Source: a virus (taxonomy: Duplodnaviria; Heunggongvirae; Uroviricota; Caudoviricetes). Taken from it: DNA of 46,824 nt. Of this stretch, positions 27,052-35,920 are shown one piece after another. A model generated the notes under the pieces. That model was not told where the DNA came from, made no database searches, and worked only from the letters and a program-made list of their open reading frames with translations. The position numbers were made by a program, and so were the translations under genes. The stretch lies in IMG/VR virus record IMGVR_UViG_2541047840_000001; one strand, given 5' to 3'. The first letter of the stretch is position 1; every line of letters starts with the position of its first letter.

Positions 27052-27567
27052 ATGGCGTTAACACACCGCGAACTCTGTCAGATTGCGTACAAGTTCCTTA
27101 AGCGCAACGGGTTCAAGGTTTGCTTTCATGACCGCTTTATAGCTGTAACCAGTACCGGAGAACAGCCAGATGCTATGGGATTCAGAAATTCAGCATCATG
27201 CCTGATAGAGGCAAAGTGTTCTCGTGCTGACTTGTTGGCAGATAGAAAAAAGCGTTTCCGTAAAAATCCCTCACTTGGCATGGGCGACTGGCGATTCTTT
27301 ATTAGTGAGCCGGGAATTATTTCAGTTGAGGATTTACCTCCCGGCTGGGGATTACTTCACGTTGTTAACGGAAGAGTACGGAAAGTACATGGGTGGCCCA
27401 AGGGAAATTGCTGTTGGGGTAATCCTGACGATAAGCCATTTACTGGAAATAAGCAGGTTGAATGCGATTACATGTTATCTGCATTAAGGCGCATGGAGTT
27501 GAGAGGGCACCTTAATGAAATATATGACGGTGTAATTGTTAATAAGAAAGAAGGAAACGCGGCATGA
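27052..27567 (+). CDS. Putative PD-(D/E)XK-fold nuclease
   Basis: ATG 27052 after AGGAGAG; motif QPD...(12 aa)...IEAK fits the PD-(D/E)XK pattern. Confidence 0.5.
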   Translation: MALTHRELCQIAYKFLKRNGFKVCFHDRFIAVTSTGEQPDAMGFRNSASCLIEAKCSRADLLADRKKRFRKNPSLGMGDWRFFISEPGIISVEDLPPGWGLLHVVNGRVRKVHGWPKGNCCWGNPDDKPFTGNKQVECDYMLSALRRMELRGHLNEIYDGVIVNKKEGNAA

Positions 27568-28007
27568 TTACTATTACCAAAGAGCGACTACTGACAATCA
27601 AGCAGTGGCGCGAAACATACGGACCTAGTAGCAACGTTGTACTGCCAGCAGAAGAAGCGGAAGAACTGGCACGAATTGCTCTGGCAGCGCTGGAAGTCGA
27701 GCCGGTTGCAGTAAACGACGACATGGCTTACGCATTCCATCACGCATTGTCAGATTCATCGCTAGGCGCTGATGAAGTAGAGGAAATTAAGGCCGGTTTG
27801 CGTGCTGCCTTTGCCAACGTCACTATCCAACCAGAGCCGGTAGTGCCGGATGATGGTCGCGAAAAGTTCGAAGCACTTGTCAGGTTTCATGCGGGTGATA
27901 AAGACCATGAAACATTATTGCTTCGTGCCAACGAAGGGATGAATTACCAGGACCCGAATGTTGATCTGGCGTGGATATTCTGGAAGTCCAGTCGTGAACA
28001 TATATAA
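27564..28007 (+). CDS. Hypothetical acidic protein
   Basis: 147 aa, coupled to upstream gene. Confidence 0.5.
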   Translation: MITITKERLLTIKQWRETYGPSSNVVLPAEEAEELARIALAALEVEPVAVNDDMAYAFHHALSDSSLGADEVEEIKAGLRAAFANVTIQPEPVVPDDGREKFEALVRFHAGDKDHETLLLRANEGMNYQDPNVDLAWIFWKSSREHI

Positions 28008-28348
28008 GCTGTAGTGAGAAGCCATGCGATTACGAGCAGTATTCAGATATTCAGAGCGGATAATGAAGCACATACAACCGAAAACATGGCAGAAACTGGA
28101 CTCTATGGGAGTTAAGTTGGAGAAGATTACTCAACTTAAGCAGTGGCATATCGGCGAATATTATGGAAGTCCTGGCCGGGATGTTCGTTTGGCAAAAAGT
28201 TGAGTATTGTTTTTTTATTGATCGATTAACCACGATTTGAAGGTTTTTTTTATGAGAAAACCTTGTTTTAGGTGGTAACTGGGTGTAGTGTTTCATTTAA
28301 CGTAGTAAAACTGCGTTAAGCGATTACCGCGTAATTTGTTGCTTTATG

Positions 28349-28381
28349 AAGCCCTGCCTTTTTCGGCGGGGCTTTTTTTTT
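28349..28381 (+). terminator. Rho-independent terminator-like hairpin upstream of lysis cassette
   Basis: AGCCCTGCC-TTTTTC-GGCGGGGCT followed by TTTTTTTT. Confidence 0.5.
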
Positions 28382-28394
28382 AACGAGGATTTCA

Positions 28395-28790
28395 ATGTCA
28401 GCAGAACCAATTTCCGGTACGGCCGTTGCTGCTGGTGGCCTGATGGGGGCCAGCGTTTTTGGTATTGCAACTGGTATTGATTACGGCGTTGTATTCGGGG
28501 CATTTGCTGGCGCTGTTTTCTATGTTGCTACAGCGGTGAATATTAGCCGTCTCAAGCTGATTGGCTATTTCTTTACATCGTTCATTGTTGGAGTGATTGG
28601 AGCGCCGTTAGTTGGCTCATTTCTTGCCAAATGGACCAGCTACAACGATCGTCCTCTGGATGCGCTTGGTGCGGTTATTGTGGCTGCATTGACCATTAAA
28701 ATCCTCACGTTCGTAAACAGCCAGGATCTCGGTAGCATCTTTGGAATGCTTTCCCGCTTACGTGGAGGGGGTTCAAATGGTAAGCAGTGA
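28395..28790 (+). CDS. Putative holin (multi-pass membrane protein)
   Basis: 131 aa with several hydrophobic Gly/Ala-rich segments; first gene of lysis cluster. Confidence 0.6.
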   Translation: MSAEPISGTAVAAGGLMGASVFGIATGIDYGVVFGAFAGAVFYVATAVNISRLKLIGYFFTSFIVGVIGAPLVGSFLAKWTSYNDRPLDALGAVIVAALTIKILTFVNSQDLGSIFGMLSRLRGGGSNGKQ

Positions 28791-29073
28791 CCCGTCAGCA
28801 CTGATTAATGCGGTGCTTTGCACAGTAATAGTAATGGCGCTGATGCTTTATCGACGGAAAGACTCCAGGCATCGTCCATTTGTTTCCTTTCTGGCTTATA
28901 TCTACGTCATTGTATACGCCAATGTTCCCTTCCGTTATGTGTTCGGTCTTTATCAAGAATCCCACTGGCTGGTGGTTATTGGAAATCTGATTATCTGCAT
29001 CGTTGTTCTGTATTTCAGGGGCAATCTGGCGCGGATAGTTGACGCATTAGGATTTAATCATGACCAAAGATGA
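28774..29073 (+). CDS. Second small membrane protein (holin or antiholin-like)
   Basis: About 99 aa with 2-3 hydrophobic segments, overlapping holin end and endolysin start. Confidence 0.5.
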   Translation, partial: QMVSSDPSALINAVLCTVIVMALMLYRRKDSRHRPFVSFLAYIYVIVYANVPFRYVFGLYQESHWLVVIGNLIICIVVLYFRGNLARIVDALGFNHDQR

Positions 29074-29602
29074 GATTTTTAACAGCATTCTTGGAAAAGA
29101 GGGCGGTTATGTTGATCACCCTGACGACAAGGGAGGCCCAACAATGTGGGGCATCACTCAGAATACTGCCCGTGCTCACGGATACCGTGGCGATATGCGA
29201 GATCTGACGCGAGAACAGGCTCTGATGATTCTTGAAGGTGATTATTGGTATGGGCCTCGTTTTGACCAGGTGGCGCAATTTTCCCCTGATATTGCGGCTG
29301 AGATGTGCGATACGGGCGTCAACATGGGGCCGACTGTGGCTACGAAGATGCTTCAACGTTGGCTGAATGTTTTCAACCGTGGCGGGAAGTTGTATCCAGA
29401 TATGGATGTGGATGGGCGAATCGGCCCGCGCACCATTGCGGCATTACGTGCTTATCTTGGGAATCGGGGAAAAGACGGCGAACGGGTAATGCTGACGGCC
29501 CTTAACTGTACGCAGGGCGACCGTTATCTGGACCTGGCGGAGAAACGCGAAGCAAATGAGTCGTTTGTCTATGGCTGGATGAAAGAGCGAGTGGTGGTAT
29601 GA
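29060..29602 (+). CDS. Endolysin (GH108-like N-terminal domain with peptidoglycan-binding C-terminal domain)
   Basis: 180 aa; N-terminal ILGKEGGYVDHPDDKGGPTMWGIT typical of GH108 lysozymes; lysis-cassette position. Confidence 0.75.
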   Translation: MTKDEIFNSILGKEGGYVDHPDDKGGPTMWGITQNTARAHGYRGDMRDLTREQALMILEGDYWYGPRFDQVAQFSPDIAAEMCDTGVNMGPTVATKMLQRWLNVFNRGGKLYPDMDVDGRIGPRTIAALRAYLGNRGKDGERVMLTALNCTQGDRYLDLAEKREANESFVYGWMKERVVV

Positions 29603-29877
29603 CTGGTTTGAAAGCCGTTTTGTCATTTATCGGCACCATTATATTGGTTGCATTCGGCGCATTTGGTTTTGGTCGTATGAAGGGGCGAGAAAAGGCCGAA
29701 GATGAAGCTGAAAAGCAGCGCATTAATGAGAATGCAGCCGCCGTAAAAGCCACTGCGGAGCGGCGTATAGAAGTGACAAAAGAGGTGGGGAATGTACAGC
29801 AGAGTGTTAACCATATGGCTGATGACGATGTTGATCGCGAGCTGCGGGAGTCGTGGAAGCGTCCCGGTGGTGGTTGA
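29599..29877 (+). CDS. i-spanin (Rz-like)
   Basis: N-terminal transmembrane segment then charged coiled-coil region; follows endolysin. Confidence 0.6.
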   Translation: MTGLKAVLSFIGTIILVAFGAFGFGRMKGREKAEDEAEKQRINENAAAVKATAERRIEVTKEVGNVQQSVNHMADDDVDRELRESWKRPGGG

Positions 29878-30001
29878 TACCGCCTGTGATTGGGTAAAGC
29901 CCATCTACCTGACTGATCACGATATCGATGTTATGGACCGCCAGACAAAGAAAGATATTCTGGCTCATAACAGGGCATGGGAAATCAACTGCCTCAAGTA
30001 A
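29792..30001 (+). CDS. o-spanin (Rz1-like lipoprotein), overlapping i-spanin in another frame
   Basis: LIASC lipobox-like sequence, Pro-rich; overlaps the 3' end of the Rz-like gene. Confidence 0.5.
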   Translation: MYSRVLTIWLMTMLIASCGSRGSVPVVVDTACDWVKPIYLTDHDIDVMDRQTKKDILAHNRAWEINCLK

Positions 30002-30034
30002 TATATATTTCTATAATTATATAAATATATAGTT
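30001..30034. repeat. AT-rich dispersed motif copy
   Basis: ATATATATTTCTATAATTATATAAATATATAGTT. Confidence 0.55.
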
Positions 30035-30170
30035 ACAACATTCTATGCGCTTTTCTCATGAGCGCACGCATCAACCATGTTTGTCTGATATGCCGCCGCG
30101 CCCAAAAATCCTGAATTTATTGGCTGGGATTTTCGTGCGCGGCGCCACACCAGACAAACAGATCAAATAT

Positions 30171-30246
30171 GGCCCCTTAGCTCAGTGGTTAGAGCAGGCG
30201 ACTCATAATCGCACGGTCATCGGTTCAAATCCGGTAGGGGCCACCA
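30171..30246 (+). tRNA. tRNA with CAU anticodon (closest to tRNA-Ile2 type; tRNA-Met not excluded)
   Basis: 7-bp acceptor stem GGCCCCT/AGGGGCC, anticodon loop CTCATAA, T-loop GGTTCAAATCC, 3' CCA encoded; 5' half matches E. coli ileX as recalled from memory. Confidence 0.8.
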
Positions 30247-30554
30247 ATTCACTCTCACACATAAAGATAAGCGCGGTGGAGTTACTTCCTTCGTGCTCAT
30301 CTTTATGCGTGCCTGGTGCGCATTTCGGGCGAACGTGGGGCTAAGTTACAGGCAGGGCCTGTTATCCGCAAAGGGGTAAAAGCTGGAGCGGCGCGGAACT
30401 GTAGCCGTGTTACCAAAACAGCGTTGTCGGGCGATATCCGGCACACAACAGGCAAGGGCATTAATCAGTCTGGTTAGTGCCCTTTTCGTTGTGTTTGCTG
30501 TAGGGCTGGCCAGCATTATGACTGCCGGAGATAAGCGCCGGAGGCACAACTAAC

Positions 30555-31091
30555 ATGGAGGCAATTGCATTGTTTAATCTGATTTATGCAGATCCCCCCT
30601 GGGAATACAAAGACAAGTGTAAGGATGGGAATCGTGGCGCTGGTTTTAAGTATCCAACGATGAAAGCTGAGGAGATTGCTCGTATTCCTGTCTGGCAGCT
30701 TGCTAATCCTGAATCGTGTTTGTTGGCCATGTGGTGGGTTCCGACTCAGCCAGAAGAAGCGTTGCTGGTGGTGAAAGCATGGGGATTCAGGCTGATGACC
30801 ATGAAGGGCTTCACATGGAACAAATGTGGTAGCCGACAACCAGATAAGCTGGTGATGGGGATGGGGCATATGACTCGTGCAAACAGTGAAGATTGCTTGT
30901 TTGCAGTGAAAGGCAAACTACCGACACGTCTTGATGCGGGGATCATTCAGTCGTTTACATCGCCTCGTCTGGAGCATTCTCGGAAGCCTGATGTGGTCCG
31001 TGACAAGCTGGTAAGGCTGTTAGGTGATGTTCCTCGTATTGAGCTGTTTGCTCGCGGTGATTTACCTGATGAGCAAAGATGTTTTCGCTAG
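30555..31091 (+). CDS. MT-A70-family DNA N6-adenine methyltransferase
   Basis: DPPW catalytic motif in IYADPPWEY near N-terminus. Confidence 0.75.
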   Translation: MEAIALFNLIYADPPWEYKDKCKDGNRGAGFKYPTMKAEEIARIPVWQLANPESCLLAMWWVPTQPEEALLVVKAWGFRLMTMKGFTWNKCGSRQPDKLVMGMGHMTRANSEDCLFAVKGKLPTRLDAGIIQSFTSPRLEHSRKPDVVRDKLVRLLGDVPRIELFARGDLPDEQRCFR

Positions 31092-31220
31092 ACTAAAAGA
31101 AATTAGCAATGAGCCATTGGCTGTTATGAAGGATGTTGGTGTAGAACTTCTCAAGTCATTGGCAAAGAAGAAGTTTGGTTTATCTGATTAGTGCAGATAC
31201 CTGTTTGCTATTTATTTATA

Positions 31221-31249
31221 AAACCACCTGCGGGTGGTTTTGTTTTTTT
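31221..31249 (+). terminator. Rho-independent terminator
   Basis: AAACCACC-TGCG-GGTGGTTT followed by TGTTTTTTT. Confidence 0.6.
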
Positions 31250-31483
31250 AGCATTACAGCAGCTCTTGTGCTTACCAGGGGCTGCGATAATGCGCAAACC
31301 AAAGCTGCCTCATTAACTCCAGCTCGCTGTGGAGTTAATGCTGGTGGCTTTTTTATTACTGGAAGGTGGGCGACCGCCGTCAGTTGCGACCTGACGACAG
31401 TCATTCATACCCACAGGGTGCCGTGGATACAAACCGAGGCCCACTTGCTTGCACAAGCGAGGGGATTTTAGCGGATAAACGGC

Positions 31484-32107
31484 ATGACAAAACATCTTAA
31501 TGTGGTTTCTTTACCACTTTCTGTGTTGATTGGTTATGAAAAGAACGCTCGCACACACTCCGTGGAGCAGGTAGATCAGATTGTTGCCAGCATACAGGAG
31601 TACGGATGGACTAATCCGATCCTGATAGACGAGAACAACGTTGTAATTGCTGGTCATGGTCGAATTGCTGCGGCCACTCAGTTGGGGATGGATGATGTTC
31701 CCTGCATTGTTCTGGAAGGGCTAACGGAGAATCAGAAGAAGGCATATCGTCTGGCCGACAACCGTATTCCGCTGAATGCTGGTTGGGATGAAGAGTTGTT
31801 AAGCGCGGAGCTTGCAGATCTTGCGGCCGATGATTTTGCTCTGGACTCAATTGGTTTTACTCAGCGCGAACTGGATAACTTATTGAGTGCGGCGGTCTAC
31901 GATGACACAGAGGGTATGGATATCCCATTTGAGAAGGATGAGGCCAAATCAGGCGTAAAAGTTCAGTACCTGTCATTTGGAGGTCATAAAATCCCGGCAA
32001 CGGATGAGGAAGCGGATCGTTTTGACTGCGCGGTGTCTCGTTATGTTGATGATAATGGCAGCTATATCGGATTTGTATCCGCATTGCTGGCTGGGGAGGT
32101 GTGCTGA
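31484..32107 (+). CDS. ParB N-terminal (ParB/Srx nuclease-like) domain protein
   Basis: IAGHGRIAAA motif; clear paralog of 34774..35364. Confidence 0.65.
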   Translation: MTKHLNVVSLPLSVLIGYEKNARTHSVEQVDQIVASIQEYGWTNPILIDENNVVIAGHGRIAAATQLGMDDVPCIVLEGLTENQKKAYRLADNRIPLNAGWDEELLSAELADLAADDFALDSIGFTQRELDNLLSAAVYDDTEGMDIPFEKDEAKSGVKVQYLSFGGHKIPATDEEADRFDCAVSRYVDDNGSYIGFVSALLAGEVC

Positions 32108-33480
32108 TGCTTCACCTCAATTACGACATAACGCACCTACGCGGTGCGGAATATAACCCGCGTTTTATCGGTGAGGATGATCTTGCGAGGCTGGCGGAAA
32201 GCGTCAGGGAGCTAGGGCTTGTGAAGCCATTGATAGTGCGCGGCGATTTGCTGGTGGCGGGACACCAAAGGACGAAGGCGCTACGTAAGTTGGGAATAAC
32301 GCGTGCTGCGGTGTATGTGTTGCCCTGTGAAACGACGGTATACGACGAAGTACGGTTTAACCAACTGCATAACGGAACGGATTTTGATAGCGGAGATGAG
32401 CGTTGCAGGGTGTCCGGTCTGGAAGATAAGCATGGTTTTGTTCAGGTATCGGCAAGCCAGATCTCAGGCAATATGCGCGCGAAAATGGCATATGTTCGAA
32501 AGAACATAGCGGAACTGGTTATCAAGTATGGTCCGTGGGGTGGTTGTGTTGCTACTCAGTCTGGCGAGGTTATTCACTGTGCTCAGTATGCATTAGCAGC
32601 GAAGATGACGCGCACACCGCTAACGGTGTTTGTGATCCCTGATGTTGAGAAGGAAAAATACCAAAGTTATCTGAATAAAACTTATGGTGTATTTGAGTAT
32701 TCTCATCTGGAGAAAACAACATACATCCAGACGTATGCGCAGCTTATGCGGTTGCGTAATGGTGGCAGCCTGAAATCAAACCTGTATGAGTCGTTGATCC
32801 TCCCGATCATTGCCAAGACGCCAAGAGGAATTGATTTTGGTTCGGGGCAGGGAGACTACGCGCGAATGCTCAGGGCAAAGGGATATAACCTGCATGATCT
32901 CGAGCTTTTCCGCCGTAAGGGCGCTGGAAACACTCTGGATAGGGCCGCAACAAACTGGATGATTGATACGCTGGTGGACGACTTAAAAACGCGAGGGCGT
33001 TACGACTACGTGATTTGCGATAGCGTTTTGAACTCGGTCGATAGTGTCGAGGCTGAATGGTCCGTTCTGACGGTTCTGAAAGGCCTGTGTAAAGCTGGTG
33101 GGTCAATATTCTTTTCTGGTCGTAGCCGTGGAGAGCTGGAAACAGTCCTGAAGCAAACACAAGCGGCGAGTTCCAAAAGCCGGCTTTATTTTATTGATCA
33201 TAACGGTTTTACCGCGTTGTACCGGAAGGGGCACTGGTTTTACCAGAAGTTTCACTCTGATGATGAAGTGAAGCAGTTGTGTCGTGTACATGGTTTCAGG
33301 ATTAAGCGGTCAATATTCAACTGTAAGAGCTGGTATTTGCACGTCATTAACGATGATTCCCTTAGTTGGGCGAGTCTGGAGAAAGCTGTTCGTTTTGAGT
33401 TTGAGTTGCCGTTGCCTGGTGGTTCAACAATCGGACGATCTGATGATGTGCTGGCGGCTTTCCGGCCGTTGATTAAGTAG
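32107..33480 (+). CDS. Fusion protein: ParB-like N-terminal domain plus SAM-dependent methyltransferase-like domain
   Basis: N-terminal LVAGHQRTKAL ParB-like motif; central GIDFGSGQGDY Rossmann SAM-binding motif; ATG overlaps upstream stop (TGATG). Confidence 0.6.
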   Translation: MLHLNYDITHLRGAEYNPRFIGEDDLARLAESVRELGLVKPLIVRGDLLVAGHQRTKALRKLGITRAAVYVLPCETTVYDEVRFNQLHNGTDFDSGDERCRVSGLEDKHGFVQVSASQISGNMRAKMAYVRKNIAELVIKYGPWGGCVATQSGEVIHCAQYALAAKMTRTPLTVFVIPDVEKEKYQSYLNKTYGVFEYSHLEKTTYIQTYAQLMRLRNGGSLKSNLYESLILPIIAKTPRGIDFGSGQGDYARMLRAKGYNLHDLELFRRKGAGNTLDRAATNWMIDTLVDDLKTRGRYDYVICDSVLNSVDSVEAEWSVLTVLKGLCKAGGSIFFSGRSRGELETVLKQTQAASSKSRLYFIDHNGFTALYRKGHWFYQKFHSDDEVKQLCRVHGFRIKRSIFNCKSWYLHVINDDSLSWASLEKAVRFEFELPLPGGSTIGRSDDVLAAFRPLIK

Positions 33481-33496
33481 TGTGTAGGAGGCGCTG

Positions 33497-34216
33497 GTGG
33501 CTGACAGAATTGAGATAAAGATGGATTTTTCTTCTCAGGATATTCAACGACAACTCCAGCGCCTTGAAGAACGCGAATTGCCGTTCGCAATGGCGCTTGC
33601 GGCAACCAGAACGGCAAAGGCTTCTCAGGCTGCGATTAAGAATGAAATTAATCGGGTATTTGACAGGCCCACGCCGTGGATTCAGAACTCTACTTACGTT
33701 TTGGCCGCAAAGAAGAGTGATCCTACAGCCATTGTGTATGCTCGTGAATGGGGAGGAACGCCAGCCCCTGTAACGTTGACTCCGCAAATCGAAGGTGGAC
33801 AACGACAGTACAAACGCTCAGAAGGGGCGCTAAGGGCTGGTGGATATTTGCCTAACGGCTGGCAGCTTGCTCCTGGTCCCGGCGCAAAGCTGGACAAATA
33901 TGGGAATATTTCGCGGGGGCAATTACAGCAGGTCTTATCTGGCCTAAGAGTTCAGCGAGATGCGCATCAAAATCGCCGTCAGGGCAAGCCTACGGAGTTT
34001 TTTGTTGTTCGACCAGGTACAAGTAACCCGCTTCAACCAGGCGTCTGGCAGCGCGTTGGGCGGCGTCCTACGTTGATCCTTACGTTTATCCAGCAACCTA
34101 ACTATTCGCAGCGTCTTGATTGGCATGGCGTGGCGCTGCGTGCTGGTGAGGATGCGTTTGCTGATGAAGTCACAAAGGCTATTGATGACATTCTTTCTAA
34201 GACTTTCTCTCGTTAA
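33497..34216 (+). CDS. Hypothetical protein (239 aa)
   Basis: ORF with GGAGG RBS; no family recognised. Confidence 0.55.
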   Translation: MADRIEIKMDFSSQDIQRQLQRLEERELPFAMALAATRTAKASQAAIKNEINRVFDRPTPWIQNSTYVLAAKKSDPTAIVYAREWGGTPAPVTLTPQIEGGQRQYKRSEGALRAGGYLPNGWQLAPGPGAKLDKYGNISRGQLQQVLSGLRVQRDAHQNRRQGKPTEFFVVRPGTSNPLQPGVWQRVGRRPTLILTFIQQPNYSQRLDWHGVALRAGEDAFADEVTKAIDDILSKTFSR

Positions 34217-34773
34217 TCATCGTGTGGTTGATGGTGTTGTTATGCAGAGTGTATTCACTGTGTTCTGTAGCGTCGCTCGCTGGCTGTCTGTGGGGGAGCA
34301 CGAGCATCGTTTCATCGTCCGGCAGAATTGGGTCCTTCTGGCCAAAAGCGTTGGATGCGGGTCATTCGAACCCCGATATTCGGCTAGCTAAACGTGAAAA
34401 AAGTTAGGTTAAAAGTTGCGGTAAAAGAAATTTACCCATCTCATTGAAAAATATTGGGAAAACGTGATTTTTTGCTGTGCTTGTGATGGTGAAAAGAAAG
34501 TAGAGAATTTTCTTTTAGATCATCAAGATACGCGCAGATCTTTAACCAATGTGATGTTGTTCTGATAAAAATCGTTATAAATCATGCAAATACATCCAAT
34601 CTTTTAACCAAAACACCATCTCAAGATCCTTTTCACTTATAAAAACTTAATAAAATCAGATGATTATGCTGGTTTGTGTGATTTTTTATGAGTAAAAAGA
34701 TCGTCATTTTTCTCTTTTAGTATCAATAAGTTAAACAGTTTTCTTTAACCTGTTGTGTTATGGCGGTTAAAAA

Positions 34774-35364
34774 ATGGCTCTAAAAATCGAATATTTACCA
34801 GTCGGTAAGCTGCTCAGATACGCCAAAAATTCACGGACTCATTCAGATGAGCAGGTTGAACAGTTGGTGAACAGTATCCGTGAGTTCGGTTTCACTAATC
34901 CTGTGCTGATCGATGAAAAGAATGAACTGATTGCGGGGCATGGTCGGCTTGCAGCAGCCGAAATTCTTGAAATGGATAAAGTTCCGGCGATTCGGTTGAG
35001 TAACCTTTCTGAAAAACAGAAGAAGGCTTACAGGATTGCAGATAACAAGCTGGCCTTAAATGCTGGCTGGGATATGCAGCTTCTGGCCGAAGAAGTCAAA
35101 GAGTTAATGGATGATGATTTTGATATTGATCTGCTTGGGTTTAATGATGCAGAGCTTGACGAAATGTTAAGCGATGAACAGCCGGAGGAAGAAGACGATA
35201 ATTCTTCCCCTGTTGTTCAAATTAAGTACCTGGCTATTGATAAAGAACGTATTCCCGCGACGGATATGGAAATTGCATTGTTGCTGGATGTTTATCGTCA
35301 GTACCACGACGCGCATGAAACGCATGAGGGATTTGTTCAGTATCTTGCTAATGGTTGCAAGTAA
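34774..35364 (+). CDS. ParB N-terminal domain protein (paralog), coupled to terminase small subunit
   Basis: IAGHGRLAAA motif; shares blocks QKKAYR-ADN and LNAGWD with 31484..32107; stop overlaps TerS start. Confidence 0.65.
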   Translation: MALKIEYLPVGKLLRYAKNSRTHSDEQVEQLVNSIREFGFTNPVLIDEKNELIAGHGRLAAAEILEMDKVPAIRLSNLSEKQKKAYRIADNKLALNAGWDMQLLAEEVKELMDDDFDIDLLGFNDAELDEMLSDEQPEEEDDNSSPVVQIKYLAIDKERIPATDMEIALLLDVYRQYHDAHETHEGFVQYLANGCK

Positions 35365-35915
35365 TGGCCATCGTCAGTAAGTCAGAGTTTGCCCGCCGGA
35401 AAGGTATTTCTCCGGCAATGGTTACGAAGCTCTGTCGTTCCGGTCGCATTCCAGTGCTGAAAAGCGGCAAGCTGGATTTTGATAAAGCAAGTGCGGCTTA
35501 TGAAGCGAGCCGACAGGTTGGTCGTGAGGTATCTGCTGAAAACGGAAAAAGAGGGCATGGGATATCTTCGGAACAACCAGAGTTACCCGCTGATGATGCC
35601 GGATTAGCTGGTGGTACTTCCGGTGTTGCGGTGCAATTCAACAAGGCTAAGACCGCAGAAAAAATTTATCAGGCAAAGCTGAAACGCCTTGAATTTGAAG
35701 AAAAGGAAGGCTCTCTCATCGCTAAAGATGCGGTCAGGGATGATGCATTTCTGGCAGCTAATGAATTGCGTAGCCGCTTATTTAGTATTGCTCCAAGAGC
35801 AGCTCCCCGTTGTGAAGGCAAAACAGCTAGGGAGATCGAACGCATTATTGAAGACGAGATTAATTTTGCGCTCCAGGCGCTCCAGGAATCCCGATTTATT
35901 AAGCAGGAAGAATAA
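35364..35915 (+). CDS. Terminase small subunit (Nu1-like, N-terminal HTH)
   Basis: Position immediately upstream of large terminase; N-terminal SKSEFARRKGISPAMVTKL resembles the lambda Nu1 HTH region as recalled. Confidence 0.6.
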   Translation: MAIVSKSEFARRKGISPAMVTKLCRSGRIPVLKSGKLDFDKASAAYEASRQVGREVSAENGKRGHGISSEQPELPADDAGLAGGTSGVAVQFNKAKTAEKIYQAKLKRLEFEEKEGSLIAKDAVRDDAFLAANELRSRLFSIAPRAAPRCEGKTAREIERIIEDEINFALQALQESRFIKQEE

Positions 35916-35920
35916 ACCTC

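Noticed and set aside
28051-28296. 81-aa minus-strand ORF between the cargo block and the holin
   Set aside because: Lies in an intergenic region containing terminator hairpins and is antisense to the direction of all neighbouring genes; no RBS. A 46-codon plus-strand ORF (about 28063-28203) was also seen but is too short to call without more evidence.
30045-30344. 99-aa ORF on the plus strand
   Set aside because: Overlaps the tRNA gene (30171-30246) and hairpin-rich non-coding DNA; almost certainly not a real protein-coding gene.
31221-31240. ACCAC-N6-GTGGT palindrome resembling the repressor operators
   Set aside because: Spacer is 6 bp instead of 5 and it is followed by a long T-run after a coding block; more consistent with an intrinsic terminator.
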